In this document: positions 57,650 to 64,000 of the stretch, one piece after another
Layout: the number at the start of each line of letters is the position of its first letter
How positions within the stretch are numbered: the stretch's first letter is position 1
NCBI GenBank assembly: GCA_040389865.1
Contig: JAZJZM010000025.1
Coordinates: 4,421 to 68,420 of the forward strand
DNA length: 64,000 bases
Direction: 5' to 3'
Source: Bacteroidota bacterium
GTDB taxonomy: Bacteria; Bacteroidota; Bacteroidia; 2-12-FULL-35-15
Position numbers and translations under genes: made by a program
The notes under the pieces: generated by a model
Told to the model about the DNA's origin: nothing
What the model saw: only the letters and a program-made list of their open reading frames with translations
Databases searched by the model: none

Positions 57650-59725
57650 ATGAATTGTGTGCGTATAAAACTGTTGTTTCTTTTCTTATTTCTATGTTCG
57701 ATTTGCTTTTCGCAGGTAAATCCAAACAATATCACTATTGCCAGAGATTCCTTTGGAATTCCACATATTTTCGCGCCAACGGACGTTGAGGTAGCCTACG
57801 GTTTGGCCTGGGCGCATTGTGAAGATGATTTTGAGCATATTCAACTCATGTTGATTGCCGCCAATGCCCGCATGGGGGAAGTATCCGGCAAAGATGGCGC
57901 AGCTACTGATTATTTTGTTCAATTCATAAAATCACGCGAAACTGTTGAAAGATATTATGAAAAAGATCTTACAAGCGATTACAAAAAAACAATTCAGGCG
58001 TATGCCGATGGACTGAATGCTTTTGCACTTACACATCCGAAAGAAATAAAACTTAAAAATATTTTTCCGGTAACGGCAAAAAACATTCTCACCGGGTACC
58101 AATTGATCCTCACGAGCATGATAGGAGTACCAAGGGCCCTGGAATTTATTATTAAAGGTAAACCGGATGATTATATTTTCAATGCCAGCGCAGGATCGAA
58201 CGGCATTGCTGTGAGTTCCAAATTAACTGGCGACAGTTCCTCCTATTTACTTATCAATCCCCATGTGCCTTTGGAAGGGCAAGCCTCCTGGTATGAAGCG
58301 CATGTATGCAGTGAGCAAGGGTGGAATATGTATGGTGCGCTGATACCCGGTATGATGTCGCCTGCCATGGGCTGCAACGAGCACATCGGCTGGGCGATCA
58401 CCTTTAACTGGCCTGATTATGTTGATATTTATGAGATGGAAATAAATCCTAAAAATAAAAATGAATATAAGTTTGATGGTGCCTGGTATACTTTTGAAAT
58501 ACGTCAAATTCCTTTAAAAGTTAAAACGAAACTTGGAATAATTACAGTAAAAAAGGAAGCTTTGTGGTGTATTTATGGCCCTGCTTATCGCACAAAAAAA
58601 GGCGTGTATGCTATGAGATACAATACCATGTTTAATGTTAAAGCAGCTGAACAGTGGTTTAATTTGGGTAAGGCAACAGAGTTTATGTATTTTTATTCTG
58701 CAATGCAGATGCAAGGCATTCCTCTTTTTAATTTTATATATGCGGATGATGCTGATTGTATTTCTTATTTATTTAATGCCTCCCTCCCTCACCGTAATCC
58801 TGAATATAACTGGCAAAAAGTTGTTCCCGGAAATACGTCAAAAACATATTGGGATAAATTTTATACTGTAAACGAATTACCACAAAAAAACCGACCCAAC
58901 TGCGGGTATGTGTACAATACCAATAACAGCCCTTTCCGTTGCACAGCTGCTGACGAAAACCCAAATGAGGCTCTCTTTAATAAAGAATCAGGTTTCAACT
59001 GGAACAGAACCAATAATCGCGATTTACGCTTTAATGAGTTGATGGAAGGGAAAACACATATCACTTTTCAAGAGTTTAAAAAAATAAAATATGATTGCAG
59101 CTACCCTAAACAAGCGGGAGGGATCTATAAAACATTCAAACCAATTTACGCACTTAAAGAACAGGACTATCCGGATATAGCAGATGCAATTGCTAAACTA
59201 AAAACATGGAATTTCTCAGGCGATACAGCCAACAGGGAAGCGGCTTTGGTAACGTTCACATTTAATTATTTATTTAAAAAAAAGGAAGCAGCCTATAACG
59301 AATTGGAAATTGGAATTGAATATGATACAGAATTATTGATCGAAGCTATCCGTTACGCAAAAAAACAATTATTAAAATATCACAAAAGCATTGATGTGCC
59401 TTTTGGTGATGTGCAGCGCCTGGTGCGAGAAGACCAAACGTATGCTGTTTCAGGCCTGCCTGAATGTTTGAAGGCAATGGTAAGTGAAGAAACTGAAAAA
59501 GGTTCTTTGCGTGCAATAAACGGTGACTCTTTCATCATGTTTGCTAAATTTTCGAAAAAAGGAAATACATACGAATCAGTGGTACCCTATGGAGAATCCC
59601 GCAGAAAAGAAAGTCCGCACTTAATGGATCAAATGAAATTATATAGTAAACAACAAACTAAAGCGATCATACTTGACAAAGCCAAAGTTTTGCAATCTGC
59701 AATACGCACTTATCATCCACAATAA
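57650..59725 (+). CDS. Penicillin acylase-family Ntn hydrolase
   Basis: IARDSFGIPHI, GSNGIAV (nucleophile Ser), LINPH, WYEAH. Confidence 0.92.
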   Translation: MNCVRIKLLFLFLFLCSICFSQVNPNNITIARDSFGIPHIFAPTDVEVAYGLAWAHCEDDFEHIQLMLIAANARMGEVSGKDGAATDYFVQFIKSRETVERYYEKDLTSDYKKTIQAYADGLNAFALTHPKEIKLKNIFPVTAKNILTGYQLILTSMIGVPRALEFIIKGKPDDYIFNASAGSNGIAVSSKLTGDSSSYLLINPHVPLEGQASWYEAHVCSEQGWNMYGALIPGMMSPAMGCNEHIGWAITFNWPDYVDIYEMEINPKNKNEYKFDGAWYTFEIRQIPLKVKTKLGIITVKKEALWCIYGPAYRTKKGVYAMRYNTMFNVKAAEQWFNLGKATEFMYFYSAMQMQGIPLFNFIYADDADCISYLFNASLPHRNPEYNWQKVVPGNTSKTYWDKFYTVNELPQKNRPNCGYVYNTNNSPFRCTAADENPNEALFNKESGFNWNRTNNRDLRFNELMEGKTHITFQEFKKIKYDCSYPKQAGGIYKTFKPIYALKEQDYPDIADAIAKLKTWNFSGDTANREAALVTFTFNYLFKKKEAAYNELEIGIEYDTELLIEAIRYAKKQLLKYHKSIDVPFGDVQRLVREDQTYAVSGLPECLKAMVSEETEKGSLRAINGDSFIMFAKFSKKGNTYESVVPYGESRRKESPHLMDQMKLYSKQQTKAIILDKAKVLQSAIRTYHPQ

Positions 59726-59829
59726 AAATTTAGAGAAATAGAGAATTGGAAAATTAAACAAAATACTGAGTCAACAAATTACTAATAAATCATTAAATCT
59801 CTAAATCAACAAATCATTAAATAAATTAT

Positions 59830-60855
59830 ATGCCATTAAAAAACGATTTAATTTTAAGAGCTGCGCGAGGCGAAAAGGTTGAACGCACACCTGTTTGGTT
59901 GATGCGCCAGGCAGGACGTATATTACCTGAATATAGAAAGGTACGTGCTAAAATGGGAGGATTTAAAGAATTAGTGGAGACCCCTGAATTTGCTTGCGAA
60001 GTTACCATTCAGCCCGTAGATATTTTAGGTGTTGATGCTGCTATTATCTTTTCCGATATCCTTGTTATTCCGGAAGCAATGGGCTTACCTTATCAGATGA
60101 TAGAAGCGAAAGGTCCATGGTTTGAAAAAACAATTAAAACAGCAAATGATATTGCACAGCTTAAAATTGCAACCGCTGATGACCTGAACTATGTGATGGA
60201 TGCCATAAAACTTACTAAAAGCGGATTAAACGATCGTGTTCCACTTATTGGTTTTGCTGGTGCCCCCTGGACAATTTTCGCATACATGATCGAAGGCAGT
60301 GGTAGTAAAACATTTTCACAAGCTAAAAAATTCTTATACACTCAACCGGTTCTATCCCACCAGTTATTGCAAAAAATTACCGACAGCACTATTAATTATT
60401 TAAAAGGTCAAATTACTGCAGGAGCCGATATGTTGCAATTATTTGATAGTTGGGCAGGAGTATTATCTCCTGAACAATATAGAGAATTTGCATTAAAATA
60501 TATTTCTCAAATATGTGATGCTATTACAGAAGTTCCTCTTACCGTTTTTGCAAAAGATGCTCATTTTGTCCGTAAAGAGCTGGGGCAGTTAAATTGTAAT
60601 TCCATTGGTTTGGACTGGACCATGGACATTGCTGAATCACGTGAGTTGATTGGAAATACCAAAACTCTGCAAGGTAATATGGACCCTTGTTTACTATATG
60701 CCGATTATACACGCATCAAACAAGATACTATAAAAATGCTGAAATCATTTGGTCCTCAAAGGCATATTGCAAATTTAGGACATGGCCTATATCCGGATAT
60801 AGATAAAGATAAAGTGATCTGTTTTGTAGAAACAATAAAAGAATTTAGGTTTTAA
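59830..60855 (+). CDS. hemE: Uroporphyrinogen decarboxylase
   Basis: [33 protein letters not shown]. Confidence 0.97.
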   Translation: MPLKNDLILRAARGEKVERTPVWLMRQAGRILPEYRKVRAKMGGFKELVETPEFACEVTIQPVDILGVDAAIIFSDILVIPEAMGLPYQMIEAKGPWFEKTIKTANDIAQLKIATADDLNYVMDAIKLTKSGLNDRVPLIGFAGAPWTIFAYMIEGSGSKTFSQAKKFLYTQPVLSHQLLQKITDSTINYLKGQITAGADMLQLFDSWAGVLSPEQYREFALKYISQICDAITEVPLTVFAKDAHFVRKELGQLNCNSIGLDWTMDIAESRELIGNTKTLQGNMDPCLLYADYTRIKQDTIKMLKSFGPQRHIANLGHGLYPDIDKDKVICFVETIKEFRF

Positions 60856-60882
60856 TAAATACTACGAATTCCAATAGAATAA

Positions 60883-61983
60883 ATGAAACCACAGATAGTA
60901 AGTACAAAAGCATTTTTTCAAAAGGCTCTTTTGCTTTTTGCATCATTGCTGTTGTGTGTTGGTTCATTCGCTCAAAAAAAGGAAAAAAACCTGGTGCCTA
61001 ATCCCAGTTTCGAAAAACACAAAAATAAATCCGCTGTTATAAAAAATGCTGCACCTTGGTTAGGCGTTGGAACAGTGGATTATTTTATGAAATCGGAGAA
61101 AAAGGATACGTCAAAAAGCAAAGGTGCGCATTCCGGAACCTGCTACGCAGGCTTGCGCTTTCAGCCCAACTATAAGGAATATATGTATGTAAAATTAACT
61201 GAAACTCTTGAAAAAGGGAAATTTTATGATTTTGCAATGCATGTAAAATTGGTAAGAAGCAGCACAGTAACGGTTAAACAATTGGGTGTTTATTTTTCGG
61301 ATAAACCCTTCAAGGTTGGAATGAGCTTCGATGAAGCAGGAATAATAGATTCTACATACGGTAAAGGGATTTCCGGAACCATTGGCTGGATCCCGATACA
61401 GGGAGAATATAAAGCACGTGGCGGTGAGAAATATATTATTGTAGGGAATTTTAAAACCAGAATGAAAGACGATTTTGTTCGAATAAACAAATGGAACATT
61501 TTTAAAAGTCGTGAGGCATATTATTATGTTGATGACATATCTGTTGTTAAAAAATTGACCGCAGCAGATTCAGCACTTATGAAACAAACCGAGATCAATC
61601 CTAATAAAATAGCACCTGCCTTAACCGATACATTCACAACGGGACAGGTAATTGAAATAAAAAACATACATTTCGAAAATGGAAGCGCCATTCTGCTAAA
61701 ATCTTCATTCAATGTGTTAGATGAATTAGTGCATGTGCTTAATGATCATCCAAGCATGGAAATACAAATTAACGGGCATACCGATGATCAGGGAAAAGAA
61801 GCGGTGAATCGTAAATTATCAAAAGCCAGGGCCAAAGCTGTTTATGATTACCTGGCGGCTCAAAATGTAATAAATTCTATGACGTATAAGGGTTTTGGAC
61901 CATCTCAACCTCTTGTACCAAATGATACGGATGAGAATAAAGCAAAAAACAGGAGAGTGGAATTTATTATTATAAAACAATAA
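60883..61983 (+). CDS. OmpA-family protein with N-terminal NLVPNPSFE carbohydrate-binding-like domain
   Basis: NLVPNPSFE...YYYVDDISV; GHTDDQG...LSKARA...NRRVEF. Confidence 0.9.
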   Translation: MKPQIVSTKAFFQKALLLFASLLLCVGSFAQKKEKNLVPNPSFEKHKNKSAVIKNAAPWLGVGTVDYFMKSEKKDTSKSKGAHSGTCYAGLRFQPNYKEYMYVKLTETLEKGKFYDFAMHVKLVRSSTVTVKQLGVYFSDKPFKVGMSFDEAGIIDSTYGKGISGTIGWIPIQGEYKARGGEKYIIVGNFKTRMKDDFVRINKWNIFKSREAYYYVDDISVVKKLTAADSALMKQTEINPNKIAPALTDTFTTGQVIEIKNIHFENGSAILLKSSFNVLDELVHVLNDHPSMEIQINGHTDDQGKEAVNRKLSKARAKAVYDYLAAQNVINSMTYKGFGPSQPLVPNDTDENKAKNRRVEFIIIKQ

Positions 61984-62112
61984 AATATAATACTACTTAT
62001 TCTATTCGTCAATGAATTAAGGTGCTGAGTGGTACAAAAAACAAATTAAATACTATTTTATCAGTAAAAATGGTGTTCGTCAATTGATAGAAATTAAAAA
62101 AATTAATAGCCT

Positions 62113-63465
62113 ATGACAGAATTTAAAAAAGGAGATAAAAAAATAATTAGCGCCTGGACGTTCTATGACTGGGCCAATTCATCCTATCCCTTAGTAATAA
62201 CAGCCGCAATTTTCCCCATATTTTATGTAAATGTTACGGGTACTAAGGATGCTAATGGAAATATAATTAGTGATGTGGTAACATTATTTGGTAGGGATTT
62301 CAAAAACACCGAATTGTACGATTATGTAGTTGCTCTATCGTTTATTATTGTCTCCTTGTCCTCACCTGTATTGTCTGGTATTGCTGATTATAGCGGGAGT
62401 AAAAAACGTTTTATGCAATTTTTTTGTTATTTGGGTTCACTATCATGTGCATCACTGTATTTCTTCAGTGCCGAAAATTTGGGTTTAGGCTTGCTGTCTA
62501 TTTTATTTGCAAGTGTTGGTTATTGGGGCAGCGTTGTTTTTTACAATGCATATTTACCTGAAATTGCAGAACCTGCCGATCATGACAGAGTGAGTGCCAA
62601 AGGCTATGCAAAAGGGTATTTCGGTAGTGCTTTACTTTTGATCATCAATTTAATTCTAATAAAACAATTTAACATGCCTGCCAAATATTCGTTCGTCACA
62701 GTTGCATTGTGGTGGGCTGGTTTCGCACAAATAACTTTTGCTAAGTTACCAACCTCCACAAGAAAACATTCATCCGAAGGAAATGTTATTACAAAAGGGT
62801 TTAAAGAATTGCAGAAAGTATGGAATGAACTAAAACATATTAAACGATTGAAGCGTTTCCTTATCTCCTTCTTTATTTATAGCATGGGGGTACAAACAGT
62901 AATGTTAATGGCTGTTATGTTCGCAAAAAAAGAAGTTAAAGATCTTGTTGAGGTTACAGAAACTGTAAATGGGGTAATCGTTACATCCCTTAAAGAAGTG
63001 CCCATTCAGGATGCATCATTAATTGCCAGTATATTGTTAATTCAATTTCTTGGAATAGCAGGAGCTTATTTATTTTCATTCATCTCCCGGAAGATCGGCA
63101 ATATCAAAACATTAGGTCTTAGTTTATTTATCTGGATCGCAATCTGCTTTACTGTTTATAAATATGTACATACCTCCTTCTCCTTCTATGTTATTGCAGC
63201 CTTGGTTGGGCTAGTTATGGGGGGGATTCAATCATTATCGCGTTCAACTTATTCCAAACTTCTGCCTGAAACTGAAGACCATGCATCCTACTTTAGCTTT
63301 TTCGATGTATGCGAAAAAATAGGCATTGTTATCGGGATGCTTTCATTCGGTTTGATAGAGGGAGTAACAGGAGGTATGCGAAATTCTGTATTAGCATTGA
63401 TCGTCTTTTTTGTGATTGGTTTTTTAGTTTTGCTTACCATACCAAAAACAAAAGATGTAAGTTAG
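62113..63465 (+). CDS. MFS transporter, UMF1/ATG22-like family
   Basis: WTFYDWANS, FYNAYLPEIA, MGGIQSLSRS. Confidence 0.9.
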   Translation: MTEFKKGDKKIISAWTFYDWANSSYPLVITAAIFPIFYVNVTGTKDANGNIISDVVTLFGRDFKNTELYDYVVALSFIIVSLSSPVLSGIADYSGSKKRFMQFFCYLGSLSCASLYFFSAENLGLGLLSILFASVGYWGSVVFYNAYLPEIAEPADHDRVSAKGYAKGYFGSALLLIINLILIKQFNMPAKYSFVTVALWWAGFAQITFAKLPTSTRKHSSEGNVITKGFKELQKVWNELKHIKRLKRFLISFFIYSMGVQTVMLMAVMFAKKEVKDLVEVTETVNGVIVTSLKEVPIQDASLIASILLIQFLGIAGAYLFSFISRKIGNIKTLGLSLFIWIAICFTVYKYVHTSFSFYVIAALVGLVMGGIQSLSRSTYSKLLPETEDHASYFSFFDVCEKIGIVIGMLSFGLIEGVTGGMRNSVLALIVFFVIGFLVLLTIPKTKDVS

Positions 63466-63600
63466 TTTTTGGGCAAACAGGGCAGTAGGCAATTTTACAA
63501 TAGGCAATGGATGATTCGTTAAAGTGTAAAATTGCATACTGCAAAATTGTTAAATTGCTAAATTGTTTCGTTATTCATATAAATTCGTAATTCGTTTAAC

Positions 63601-64000
63601 ATGATTGTAGATATTTTTATTCCTTGTTTTATTGATCAGATCTATCCGGATACCGGATTGAATATGGTGAAAATTTTAGAGAAAGTAGGTTGTGGAGTAA
63701 ATTATAATCCTGAACAAACATGTTGTGGCCAACCTGCCTTTAATGTAGGTCACTGGGCCGAATGTAAAGAGGTAGGTGAAAAGTTTATCCGGGAGTTTCA
63801 GAACGACCGTTATATTGTTTGCCCTTCGGCATCTTGTGTGGGAATGATAAAAAATTATTACCCTGATATGTTCCATAACTCTGTTTTACACAATGAGTAT
63901 AAACAAATTCAAAAAAACATTTTTGAGTTCTCTGATTTTATGGTAAACATTTTAAAAATTACCGATATAGGTGCCACCCTTAATGGAATTGGAACGTATC
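63601..64000 (+). CDS. 3'-truncated CCG-domain (Fe-S)-binding protein, LutA/LldE-like; absent from the ORF track
   Basis: MIVDIFIPCFIDQIYPDTG...QTCCGQPAFNVG...PSASCVGM, open to the window end. Confidence 0.88.
   Translation, partial: MIVDIFIPCFIDQIYPDTGLNMVKILEKVGCGVNYNPEQTCCGQPAFNVGHWAECKEVGEKFIREFQNDRYIVCPSASCVGMIKNYYPDMFHNSVLHNEYKQIQKNIFEFSDFMVNILKITDIGATLNGIGTY

Overview
64-kb AT-rich chromosomal segment of a Bacteroidota bacterium (T9SS type A and type B sorting domains, TAnnTTTG promoters, homodimeric GlyRS, DUF4249/TonB-receptor pair). Most of it is ordinary housekeeping and envelope genes (glyQS, mltF, sodA, recJ, trxB, acnA, hemE, AddB-like nuclease, three SpoIIE/PP2C sensor phosphatases). 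No rRNA, tRNA, CRISPR, transposase or integrase was seen. The main signal is an integron-like gene-cassette array on the minus strand at about 25.3-30.5 kb. It has an attI-like site, four long (180-188 bp) attC-like sites and four cassettes whose ends are complementary cassette by cassette, but no integrase in the window. One cassette carries three genes (ada-like, SDR, alkB-like) with a duplicated operator/promoter module. Next to the array is a 219-bp duplication of an MFS gene 3' end bracketing a DUF6934-like/small-ORF pair. Other notable items: a giant T9SS surface protein split from its signal peptide at a C9 tract (possible phase variation), tandem lectin-tipped T9SS paralogs (one with a canonical EPN/WND C-type lectin), a lipoprotein with a CX7CH heme-like motif, many GTCA-tagged palindromic repeats with compensatory stem changes and nesting, and a 15-bp motif placed just before four start codons. 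All family assignments come from motif recognition by eye; no searches were run.
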